64,000 bases of DNA from a virus. The notes beneath the pieces are model-generated. The model made no database searches, was not told where the DNA came from, and saw only the letters and a list, made by a program, of their open reading frames with translations. The first letter of the stretch is position 1. Each line of letters starts with the position of its first letter. Positions 37,104 through 45,892 of this stretch are shown piece after piece. The position numbers and the translations under genes are program-made. The stretch lies in IMG/VR virus record IMGVR_UViG_3300043478_000082, positions 507-64,506 of that record; one strand, given 5' to 3'.

Positions 37104-37780
37104 CGCGCCGCCCTCCACCTGCGGACGGCGCGCCCGCCTTCGACGCACGCCCAGCAGAGGGCGACCAGGAGGTAGTAGAGGCCGATGCACGACCACTTGA
37201 GTGCGAACCACAGCCCGATGGCGAACCACTTGGCGAACCACAGCGCTGGCACGACGAAGAGCGCGGCCAGGTCGAGCTTGAAGCGATAGCTGGTCATTGC
37301 CCGATGGCCGAGCGCATCCAGGCCAAGAGTCCGCAGGACCCGACCAGCCACGGCACGAAGGCCGCGATGAAGCGGACGTTCTCGCTCATCAGCACTCGTC
37401 TCCGCCGAGGTACTCGTTGACCTCGCACTCGTGACGGTCAGCCGCGGCGTGCGTCTGGTAGACGACCACGCCCGTGCCGACGCCCGCCACGGCGACGACC
37501 AGGGCGATCAGCCAGGCGCGCCGACGACGGCGGTCCCTGGCCCGGAGGTAGGCGACGGTGTCGCTGTCGGCGCCCATCAGTCCAGCCCTCGCAGCCAGCG
37601 CATCGCCTCGTCGCTGCCGACCGAGGACACGTAGTCCCAGTCGCCGTTGGCCCGCACGATGAAGAGCTCGTACGTCACGAACTCCTGGCCCGAGCTCTCG
37701 CTCGTCATCTCCCGCACCTGCACGAGACGGCCACCCGCGGGTGTCGTCACGCCGGACAGCGGCGTCAGTCGGTCTGTCAT
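37100..37780 (-). CDS. Block of short ORFs (37100..37297 TM, 37389..37577 TM, 37577..37780)
   Basis: Hydrophobic helices, coupled stops; 37780 follows an ACAGGAGGG RBS. Confidence 0.5.
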
Positions 37781-37888
37781 GTCATGTCCCTCCTGTAGGA
37801 ACGGGGAGCCGGATGCTCCCCTGGTCGCGGCCCCACCTGAGCGGGGACGCGACCAGGGGCCAGGACCGTGGGGTCCTGGCTCCGTGGC

Positions 37889-38197
37889 TCAGAAGTCGCA
37901 GTCGTACCCCGTCCCGGCGACCACGTCGGGCGCCCATGTCGCACACCCGAAGTCGTCGGCGTCGGCCGGGTCGATGTCGTAGATGTTCAGCGTGTTGACG
38001 TTGCCGATCAGGTCGCAGTCGGTCTCGTCACCGGAGTCGACGAACACCGGACCAGGCGCGCATGGCACCTTGACGCTGTGAGCAGGGGCGATCGTGGGGA
38101 CCTCGACGCGGTGCCCACCCATCGTGCAGCCGACTGCCGTGGGAACGAGGACGCCGATGGCAGCCCCGATGAGCAGGGATGATGTGCGCTTCTTCAT
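37889..38197 (-). CDS. Cys-rich lipoprotein, leaderless
   Basis: MKKR + hydrophobic stretch + AVGC lipobox; ATG 6 nt after TATACT. Confidence 0.6.
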   Translation of the reverse strand: MKKRTSSLLIGAAIGVLVPTAVGCTMGGHRVEVPTIAPAHSVKVPCAPGPVFVDSGDETDCDLIGNVNTLNIYDIDPADADDFGCATWAPDVVAGTGYDCDF

Positions 38198-38201
38198 GGT
38201 G

Positions 38202-38212
38202 TAAGTATACCT
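38202..38212 (-). promoter_or_regulatory. Promoter motif AGGTATACTTA (leaderless transcript)
   Basis: TATACT-tacacc-ATG. Confidence 0.7.
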
Positions 38213-38363
38213 ACGGTGGAGCAGCAACCGCTACTCGCACCGCTGTCCTTCCTGTGTCTGGAAACGGTCGGGGATGACCGCCCCGACCACGCCCGCTCCG
38301 TGTGGGACCAGGCGCGCTCGGGACGGCAGGGACCCCGTAGGACCCCTGCCCATCCCCCGTCGT

Positions 38364-38768
38364 TCAGGCCGTCTTCGCAGGCACCGGGACCAGGGCCGCA
38401 GCCTTCGCCGCCCGTCCCCCGGTCATCGTGCGCACCTCGTCGGCGGACAGCTTGTTCCGCCGGACGTGCGCCCCGTAGGCACGCTCGGTGAGCATGGAGC
38501 ACTGCGCCCCGATGGCTTCCGCCACCGTGCGGTACGAATTCGCCCCGACTCCGCCCGCGTTCCGCAGTGCGAAGACCAGGGCCTGAACGCCGTGATCGGT
38601 CGTGGACGTATAGGTCCCCGCCGCGTAGCGGTGGCCGAAGGCCAGACGCTCCGGATGGGTGGATGTGGGCAGTGTGCCCACGTGGGCGGCGAGGATCTTG
38701 ATCCCCTCCGCGGTCAGTGCTGGCGCCGTCGCCAGCGGGGTCGTCGTGGTGTTGATGTCGTTTGCCAT
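38364..38768 (-). CDS. HTH-like protein, paralog of 36174..36692
   Basis: SYRTVAEAIGAQCSMLTE; ATG 7 nt after TAGATT. Confidence 0.6.
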   Translation of the reverse strand: MANDINTTTTPLATAPALTAEGIKILAAHVGTLPTSTHPERLAFGHRYAAGTYTSTTDHGVQALVFALRNAGGVGANSYRTVAEAIGAQCSMLTERAYGAHVRRNKLSADEVRTMTGGRAAKAAALVPVPAKTA

Positions 38769-39137
38769 GACAGAGAATCTATCGGGGCCGATGCTCACTT
38801 GCACACTCCCCGGCGTGTGCCGTTTGGCACACCGATGTCATCCGTCCAGGTGGATGACCATCCGGAGGGGGTCCGGCCAGTCCGCCGCCGTCCGCCGCCG
38901 GAGGTGTGCACGCCCCCAGGCTGACCGAGACAAGCCCACCCGCTTACCACTAGCCGATAGAAGGTCTACCTACAGAGCAGCTCCGAGGTCACGAATCGGT
39001 ACCGAGGGAAGACCGCGGAGGCCATTCGGCTAGCCGCATTCGGAGGGCGCTGAGACGCTCGAACGAACCCACCCGCCCCGTTCTTGGCCTCCGTTCCCGT
39101 TCACGGCATGAGCGGCGATGCGGTTAACGTTAACGGG

Positions 39138-39449
39138 ATGGCCCGACCCGTATCCAAGGGCGAGACGATCGGCTTCCGGCTCCCGCTGGACGTCGACGAG
39201 CACGTTCGCCACTGCGCCGACATGCACGACGAGACACCGGCCGAGTACCTCGCCCGGCGAATCACGGAGGCGTACGAGCGTGTGCTGGAGCGCCAGGAGC
39301 GCATCGCCGGGACGGTCAGCGAGCCCACCGGCTGCGAGCACCTCCACGCCCCGTTCATCAGCTCCAACACGCCGCTGCGGCGGTGCGAGCGGTGTCAGGC
39401 CGTCGAAGGGCGCGACGGCGTCTGGCGCCTCATCCGTCAGAGCGCCTGA
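39138..39449 (+). CDS. Ribbon-helix-helix regulator with C-terminal Zn ribbon
   Basis: ETIGFRLPLDVDEHVR...ETPAEYLARRI; CEH...CERC. ATG 7 nt after TAACGT. Confidence 0.65.
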   Translation: MARPVSKGETIGFRLPLDVDEHVRHCADMHDETPAEYLARRITEAYERVLERQERIAGTVSEPTGCEHLHAPFISSNTPLRRCERCQAVEGRDGVWRLIRQSA

Positions 39450-39465
39450 TCGAACAGACGTTCGT

Positions 39466-41228
39466 CTAGAGGCTCATGTCGAGCAGGCCGTAGGTCGGGC
39501 CGTTGGCGACCCGGTGCTCCAGCAGGCAGCGCGTGCAGGCCGGATAGCGCAGGTCGGCCTCGTTCGAGGTGATCGGCTCCGTGTGCAGGGCGCGATCGAG
39601 GTAGGGGCAGTCCGGACGGTGGACCATGATGATGCGCTGACGGGCGTTGCGCTTCACGCCGACAAGCTTCACCAGCCGCCCTCGGCGCAGTCGGGGCACA
39701 GCGTGAACGCCTTGCCGACCCGAGCGTGACCGTCGATGTGGGCCTGCACGAAGGTCACGAGCACGTACGGCATCGCCGGGCCGCGCTTGTCGGTGCGTCC
39801 GCAGCGGGTGCGTCGGGCGCCCGCTGTGTCGACGATGTGCGTCGGAGCGTCAGTCATCGCTGCTGCGGCTGTTGCGGAGTTCAACGACGATGCGCCCGGC
39901 CAGCTCGTCGGGCAGCTCCAGGGCGCGGATGGTCCGCAGCGTGGCGGCGTCCTGCTCGGCGGCCTCGGCCGCGGACAGGAAGCTCATGGCGTGCTCACGG
40001 GCCAGCGTCGGGTCGACCTGACCGGTGACGAAGTGCCCATCCGTCGTCACGGCGGTGACGGTGAGGAACGGCTCGCCGAGCTCGTTGACGCCGCTGGTCA
40101 CGTTGATCGAGGCGAGGTCAGCCATTGGCGGGCACCACCATCGTCCACCCGTCGGGGTCGTTCACGTCGATCGTCGCCCCCAGCTCGTCGGCCAAGCGCA
40201 GCAACTTGAGCGCGACGTCGAACGGCTGCGGGAGGTGGATCACCAGCTTGACGCACGAGGTCAGGCCGTCGCTGTTGACCGGCTCGTCAGGCGGTCGTGG
40301 GTCATCCTTCGCGCACTCGGCGCACTCGAACCAGACCACGCCGTGGATGCAGTCAGCGGCCATCAGGTGCTCGTCAGTCATCGGGCCACCCCAGCGGACT
40401 CGACCACAGCAGCGGCACGGTCCAGCGCGCCGCGCCGGGCACGAACACCTGCTTGGTCCGTGACGGGACCCGGTAGGTGCTGATCCACACGACGGCCTCG
40501 GCGTCGCGCTCCCACTCGCCGTCGTCGTCGGCGATGCCGACCGGCACCGTGACGTCGTCACCGAGGTGGACCAGGCCCATCTGCCAGGCCCCGGCGAGCA
40601 TGTTGAGCACCTCACCGGTCATCTCGTTGCCGAGCGCTCGGCCCTCGATCGACTGGCACGGCATCCACAGCTCGGCAGCACCGAGGCCGACCGTGTAGTT
40701 GAACCAGGAGCGGCTGGTGACGTCCTGGTCGCTGGTCGGGAAGACGCCGACCTGCATCCACGGCCACTCGGTCGGATAGTAGGCGTGGACCAACGGGGCC
40801 AGCGTGATGATGTCGAGCGTCGTCATGGCCCGTCCGTCCGTGACGGCGGCGGCAGTTCGTCGCGATGCAACGAGTGCCCGTCCGAGGACAGGCCGCGGGA
40901 CACGGCCACCGTGACGGCCACGATCCGCCTCCGATGACCGAGCCCGCCCTCGTCTGCGGTCACGACGCAGACGATCTCGGCGCCATCCGGGACCCGCACC
41001 TTGTCATCGACCACCTCGTAGGTGACGAACTCAAGGTCGCGGGCCAGCTCAGCGCTCATAGTCCTCCCCCTTCACCATGTCGAGGTGCGGGCAGTAGAAG
41101 CCCGCCGACGCCAGGCCGGGGATCAGCATCTCGGTGAGGCGGCCCTCCATCTCGGGCGGGACGGCGTCGTGGAAGATGTGATGCTCGGTGATCAGGTGAC
41201 CACAGCGCTCGCACAGCTCAGCGCTCAC
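39466..41228 (-). CDS. Block of about seven short hypothetical ORFs, several with CxxC pairs
   Basis: ORFs ending 39466, 39669, 39850, 40118, 40374, 40823 and 41049 tile with overlapping start/stop codons. Confidence 0.5.
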
Positions 41229-41883
41229 TGACGTTGCCCTCGTCGTCGACGTCGACGTCCAAGTTGAGGCCCTGACCACCGGCGCGGCGGTCGGCGACGT
41301 GCGACGAGGTCATGGCGTAGGTGCCGACGTAGGCCGCCCCGGCCTGCGCTGAGCGGGTGTTCTGGGCGAAGCCCATCGAGCGCCCCTGCTCGAACGTATC
41401 CGGTCCCATGCCCAAGAAGATGAACTCCCAGGAGTAGACGTCGGTCTGCTGCTTGATGAGCTCCTGCACCCGCTCCAGCGTCCAGTCCCGGCTGCTGTTC
41501 TCCTCGCCATCGGTCTGCACGACGAAGATCACCACGTCGGGGCGCTGCGGCGGCTCGAAGCTGGACAGGTACTCGCCAGTGGCGGTGATCGTCATGCCGA
41601 TGGCGTCGAGCAGCGCCGTGTTCCCCCGCGGCGTCAGCGTGTAGGCGGGGCAGTTGGCGATCGGTCCCTGGTAGAGCGTGTGCAGCCACTCGGCCTTGAG
41701 GCCGATGTCCTTGAAGTTGCGCGGCCCGCCGGGAGCGTCGAAGTCGGCCAGCGTGATGGTGCAGTCGCCGGGCAGCACCCGCTGACCGTCCAGGAAGGCG
41801 TTGACCGCCCCCTCGGCGTCGGCGCGGATCTGATCCATCGAGCCACTGCGGTCGCAGAGCAGGGTGATGTGGGTGGTGGTCAT
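41218..41883 (-). CDS. von Willebrand factor A (vWA) domain protein
   Basis: ITLLCDRSGSM (MIDAS DxSxS), PRGNTALLDAIG, VVQTDGEENSS. Confidence 0.85.
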   Translation of the reverse strand: MTTTHITLLCDRSGSMDQIRADAEGAVNAFLDGQRVLPGDCTITLADFDAPGGPRNFKDIGLKAEWLHTLYQGPIANCPAYTLTPRGNTALLDAIGMTITATGEYLSSFEPPQRPDVVIFVVQTDGEENSSRDWTLERVQELIKQQTDVYSWEFIFLGMGPDTFEQGRSMGFAQNTRSAQAGAAYVGTYAMTSSHVADRRAGGQGLNLDVDVDDEGNVSER

Positions 41884-43055
41884 GATGTGTCTCCTTGTTC
41901 AAGTTCTGTGATGCGGGCGCGCAGGACCGGCAGCTCGCAGCCCCGGCACGGGATCGTCGGGTAGCACCACTCGCTGTCCTCGAAGCACCACGCCCGATGG
42001 CTTCCAACGGTGCGATGCTCGCCGCACTCGCGCTGCTCGAAGCCCTCCCAGTCGGGCTTGTGGTCAGTCATTGGCGGCGATCCAGATGTCGATGACGGTG
42101 ATGCACTTGTCCTGCCAGGCCCCCACGTCGTCGACGTCAGGCCCGAAGGGGGCGCCGTAGGCGATGCCGACCGACTCGGCGTGGATGACCGTGCCCGTCT
42201 CGGCCAGCAACACGATCAGCTCGCCGCGGTAGGCGTTGTCGGGGTCCTGCTCGACGTAGCAGCGGAAGCGTCCGTCGTCGACCGTCTGGTCCCACACCTC
42301 GCTCATGGCTGTGGCTCGAAGTGGCGCTGCGTCTCGCCGTCGACGTAGTGGTAGTCGGCGCTGATGAGCCGTGGCCGCTCGCCGCTCAGCTCGTACTGGA
42401 CGCGACAGCAGAAGTTGAAGCCGCTGCGCTCATGGTCGTCGTTGACGAGTCGCTTGCCCCACCCGAGGCGCACCTTCTCGATCGGCGCACCGCAGTCGGC
42501 GCAGGTGGTCAGCTCATCCATCTGGGTTCTCCTCGATACCGAGACGCCTCATGGCGTCCATCAGCTCTGCTTGCACGCCGGGGTCGCTAGGACCGCCCAC
42601 GACGATGGCGTCGGCCACCCGGCGCAGGCGCTCGGGCAGCACGGTGGTCGGGTCGACGAGCAGGATGATCGGCTTGTCGAGCATGATCAGCAGGCCCAGC
42701 TCGACGGCGAACTTGACGTCCACGTCCTCGGGCTTGCGGGGCACGATCGACACGCCGATTGTCGAACCCTCGATCATCGGCACCAGCTCCGTGCGGACGT
42801 GGGTGACGTAGCTCTTCCACTCGGGGTCGAGCTCCCAGTCGCGCTGAATCTCGAACTCCTCCTGCTCCTTGGCCCACTGTCCCTTGCGCTCGGCGCGCTC
42901 GCGACGGCGGCGTTCGGCGCGGTCCTCGCTCATCGAGGCCCCTGCACGATCGCGGCCACGAGGGCGTAGATGAACAGACCGATGTTGAGCAGGCCGAGCA
43001 GCGCAACGAGTCCGCAGCCCCAGTCGGAGGCGATGAAGCGATCGACGCGGTTCAT
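41880..43055 (-). CDS. Block of short hypothetical ORFs (41880..42071, 42064..42306, 42303..42521, 42514..42933, small TM ending 42930)
   Basis: Tiled, translationally coupled ORFs. Confidence 0.5.
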
Positions 43056-43483
43056 CCCGGACCCAACTGGTTGAGCTGCTGGCTGACGTAGAGGTCGTAG
43101 ACGGTGGTGTGCTCGTCCATCAGCATGTACGGGAGCATCACCTGGTCGAGGCTGACCATGCGGGTGGCGACGATGGCGAGCTGCGCCTCGATCCAGTCCT
43201 TCATGATCCGCCATGCCACGCGCTCGGCCTGCTCCTGCGTCTTGAACCGCCGAGCCACGGAGCGGTCGCGCTCCATCACCGCCCACACCGCCGAGACGTT
43301 CACCGGCAGTCGGTAGCGCATCAGCCCGTGAGGACCCTGCATGGCGAAGCCGATGCTGCTGACCGAGGCGTCGCCGCTGTACTCGATGAGGATCTGCGCC
43401 GCCCCGCTCTTGGCGAGCAGCTCGGTGATCTGCGTCACCGTGCGGAGCGATGGGACGGTCGTCGTGTAGTTGAGGAGCGGCAT
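43052..43483 (-). CDS. Conserved-looking phage hypothetical protein
   Basis: LNYTTTVPSLRT...I...L...GA..I...QAERVAWRIMKDWIEAQLA pattern. Confidence 0.6.
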   Translation of the reverse strand: MPLLNYTTTVPSLRTVTQITELLAKSGAAQILIEYSGDASVSSIGFAMQGPHGLMRYRLPVNVSAVWAVMERDRSVARRFKTQEQAERVAWRIMKDWIEAQLAIVATRMVSLDQVMLPYMLMDEHTTVYDLYVSQQLNQLGPG

Positions 43484-43592
43484 CAGCGCCACCCGTCGTA
43501 GCGGTTGATGAGGCGGATCGCCTTGGCGAACGCACGGACGGTGAAGATGAGCACCTCGATGGTGACGACGGCGGCGACGCCGAGCAGCAGCA

Positions 43593-44185
43593 TCAGTCCG
43601 GCTCCACGCAGAGCATGTTGCCGAGGGCGACCACGCTCACGCGGCCGTCGACAAGGGCGGTGAGGGCCTTGGTCTTGCCGTCGCGGCACTCGTCACAGTC
43701 GTGCGGCAGCGGCCAGGCGTCGACCTCGTCCATCGTCGTGGCGAATGTCCACTCGACACTCACGAGCTGGCTGAGCGGGTACTGGACGGCCAGCGTGGCG
43801 CGGGCGATCGAGTTGAGGTCGTCGGCGTAGATGGCGCCGTTGCCGCCGAGAACGATGGTGTCGTGGTACTGGCGCATCAGTCGTCGTCCAGGCGACTGAT
43901 GGCCTCGACGGCGCACGGGTGCCTCATGATGGTGGTGATCACGCCGAAGATCTCGACCAGCATCCGCTTGTCGCTGGTGCCGTTGTCGGTGAGGTCGCTG
44001 ACGATGCTCGACAAGCCGCTGGTGAACACGACCAGTCCTCGCCACGCCTCGGGGCTGTCACCGAGCAGCTCGGCCAGGCTCTCGACGAGCGGCTCGTAGC
44101 GTCGCAGGAGCTGATCGGCCATGTGGTCGACGAAGGCGTCCAGGATCTGTTCGCGCAGGCGGTCCTCGCTGTACTTGTCAGCCAC
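43593..44185 (-). CDS. Two hypothetical proteins (43593..43877, 43877..44185)
   Basis: Coupled TGATG junction. Confidence 0.5.
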
Positions 44186-44534
44186 CGGCGTTCACCACGT
44201 CTCGTGGGTTGCCGCTGAGGACCTGCATGGGCGACTCGTGCGTCGAGCCCTCGCAGAGCCAGTCGTTGTAGACGATGATCGTCACCCGGTCGGTGGTCGA
44301 CCAGAAGCCCACCGGCACTCCGGCGGCAGGAAGCCAGCAGGTGTGGGCGAAGTTCGGGAACTGGTCGGCGTTGACGATGACGTTGGTCTTGCCGAGCACC
44401 GTCTCGATCTGCGTCTCGGGCAGGTCGTCGACGGCCTTGCTGTCGTCACCGGAGCACGACAGGCCCCCGGTAAGGGCGAACATTCCGAGCAGCCACAGGG
44501 CCCCCAGGAAGCGAAGCGAGCGCGAGGAGATCAC
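44178..44534 (-). CDS. Putative lipoprotein
   Basis: Hydrophobic signal followed by GLSC. Confidence 0.45.
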   Translation of the reverse strand: MISSRSLRFLGALWLLGMFALTGGLSCSGDDSKAVDDLPETQIETVLGKTNVIVNADQFPNFAHTCWLPAAGVPVGFWSTTDRVTIIVYNDWLCEGSTHESPMQVLSGNPRDVVNAGG

Positions 44535-44628
44535 GTCATCCACAGCGCCACCACCCCTCCGATCGCCAGGACCAGCAGCACGACGACGCACGCGGCGATC
44601 ACGTCGTAGCGGGTGTCGTTGCTCTCGA

Positions 44629-45015
44629 TCACGACGCGGCCTTGCGCGGGCGGCGCTTGGTGATCGGAGTCGGTGCGAGGGCGTCCAGGAACAGCGAGTC
44701 GTCGAGGCCCTCCCACCACTTGGCTCGCCACCACGCCGGGTCCTCACCCGTCTCGTTGGCGGCGATGTACCAGTCCGGCGCGTCGTAGCTGCGCGAGATG
44801 ATGATCCCCGTCATCCGCATGACGGTGTCGTAGCGAATGGTCCCGCACAGCTCGCAGCGGTACGTCAGCAGCGTCCCCGTCCACGGTCGTTTGTTCGGGT
44901 CGCCAGGGATCAGCTCCATGCGATGGAACCGCGTCGCCCGGCAGCGGGCGGCTTGGCGGACGGCGTCGCGCAGCGCGTCACCGTCGAGATGTGGGTGTGC
45001 CTTCGATCGACTCAT
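44629..45015 (-). CDS. Hypothetical Zn-binding protein
   Basis: C....H...CELCG; ATG after ACAGGAAGGAC. Confidence 0.6.
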   Translation of the reverse strand: MSRSKAHPHLDGDALRDAVRQAARCRATRFHRMELIPGDPNKRPWTGTLLTYRCELCGTIRYDTVMRMTGIIISRSYDAPDWYIAANETGEDPAWWRAKWWEGLDDSLFLDALAPTPITKRRPRKAAS

Positions 45016-45037
45016 GTCAGTCCTTCCTGTAGGGAGG

Positions 45038-45247
45038 TCACGTCTTGGGCAGACGCGCGCGCTCGGGGTTGGCCTTCAGCTCCGCCATCCACTCGCGGTA
45101 CAGCGACGGGTTGAGCATCTTGGTCAGCAAGAGCTTGGCGGTCACCGCCCTCGATCGCCCGAGCGACTCCGCCTCTTCATCGAGCAGGTCGGTGACCTCG
45201 TGAGGCAATCGGAACTGGACGTGGGTGTCGGGGCGTGCTGCTGGCAT
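45038..45247 (-). CDS. Ribbon-helix-helix (CopG-like) regulator, leaderless
   Basis: THVQFRLPHEVTDLLDEEAESLGRSRAVTAKLLL; ATG 6 nt after TATACT. Confidence 0.7.
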   Translation of the reverse strand: MPAARPDTHVQFRLPHEVTDLLDEEAESLGRSRAVTAKLLLTKMLNPSLYREWMAELKANPERARLPKT

Positions 45248-45251
45248 GCAC

Positions 45252-45262
45252 CAAGTATACCA
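45252..45262 (-). promoter_or_regulatory. Promoter motif TGGTATACTTG (leaderless transcript)
   Basis: TATACT-tggtgc-ATG. Confidence 0.7.
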
Positions 45263-45304
45263 GGGGGGAGGTGTCCCTAGCCACTAGCCGCTAGCGTCCG
45301 AGGG

Positions 45305-45580
45305 ATGTCGCGCAACGTCACCAGAGGCAAGACCATCGGCGTGCAGCTCCCACTCGGGCTCGACGCCTACGTCCGTGACCAGGCGAGACGTTCAGCGACC
45401 AGTCCGGGCCTGTGGATGACTCACTTCCTCTGTGGGTCACTAGCCGCTAGTCTTGGGACATGGACGTCGACCCCCGAGACTCCCACATCGCAGAGCTGGA
45501 GCGACTCGCCTACGCCCAGGGAGCCGCAATCCGTCAGCTCCACGAACGGCTCAACGTTGCCCACGAGGCCATCCTCGTGA
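45305..45580 (+). CDS. RHH-like regulator (N-terminal half convincing)
   Basis: KTIGVQLPLGLDAYVRDQA resembles the 39138 protein; the 3' part overlaps the next gene. Confidence 0.45.
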   Translation: MSRNVTRGKTIGVQLPLGLDAYVRDQARRSATSPGLWMTHFLCGSLAASLGTWTSTPETPTSQSWSDSPTPREPQSVSSTNGSTLPTRPSS

Positions 45581-45654
45581 TGGAGGCGCGGATGATCCTC
45601 GTCACCAGCGCCCTCGACCGCTGGGCCGATCGCTGGGAGGACCTCGTCGCGTAG
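45460..45654 (+). CDS. Small coiled-coil protein
   Basis: ATG 6 nt after TAGTCT. Confidence 0.55.
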   Translation: MDVDPRDSHIAELERLAYAQGAAIRQLHERLNVAHEAILVMEARMILVTSALDRWADRWEDLVA

Positions 45655-45685
45655 TTCCGGGCACCGGAAGTGGTACAACTCGTGG

Positions 45686-45892
45686 ATGGCGATCAACGGC
45701 ATCGGCCGTCCGTCGAAGGGGCACCGCATCCGCATCGTCACCCGCGTCGATCCCCTGACCCACCTGCTCGTCGCTCGCGCCGCCGCCAAGGATGAGCTCA
45801 CCATGAGCGAGTGGCTGGAGATCGTCGTGAAGGACCGCGTGGCGCCGATGTACGCCCGCGACGGTCGCTCCCGCATCGAGGCGCCGACATGA
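45686..45892 (+). CDS. RHH-like small DNA-binding protein
   Basis: GRPSKG..IRIVTRVD....LVARAA..DELTMSEWLE. Confidence 0.6.
   Translation: MAINGIGRPSKGHRIRIVTRVDPLTHLLVARAAAKDELTMSEWLEIVVKDRVAPMYARDGRSRIEAPT

Larger units (their letters stand above)
16036..45030 (-). repeat. Dispersed start-associated motif ACAGGAAGG(AC), 13 copies plus variants
   Basis: Plus-strand CCTTCCTGT near 16036, 20140, 22181, 29636, 30979, 32540, 32858, 34752, 36049, 36702, 36965, 38245 and 45020; 11 copies sit just upstream of a start codon. Confidence 0.8.

Noticed and set aside
31057-41883. AAA+ ATPase and vWA protein as a MoxR-vWA chaperone pair
   Set aside because: The ATPase has classic-clade (CDC48/FtsH-like) motifs rather than MoxR features, and the genes are about 9 kb apart in different transcription units.
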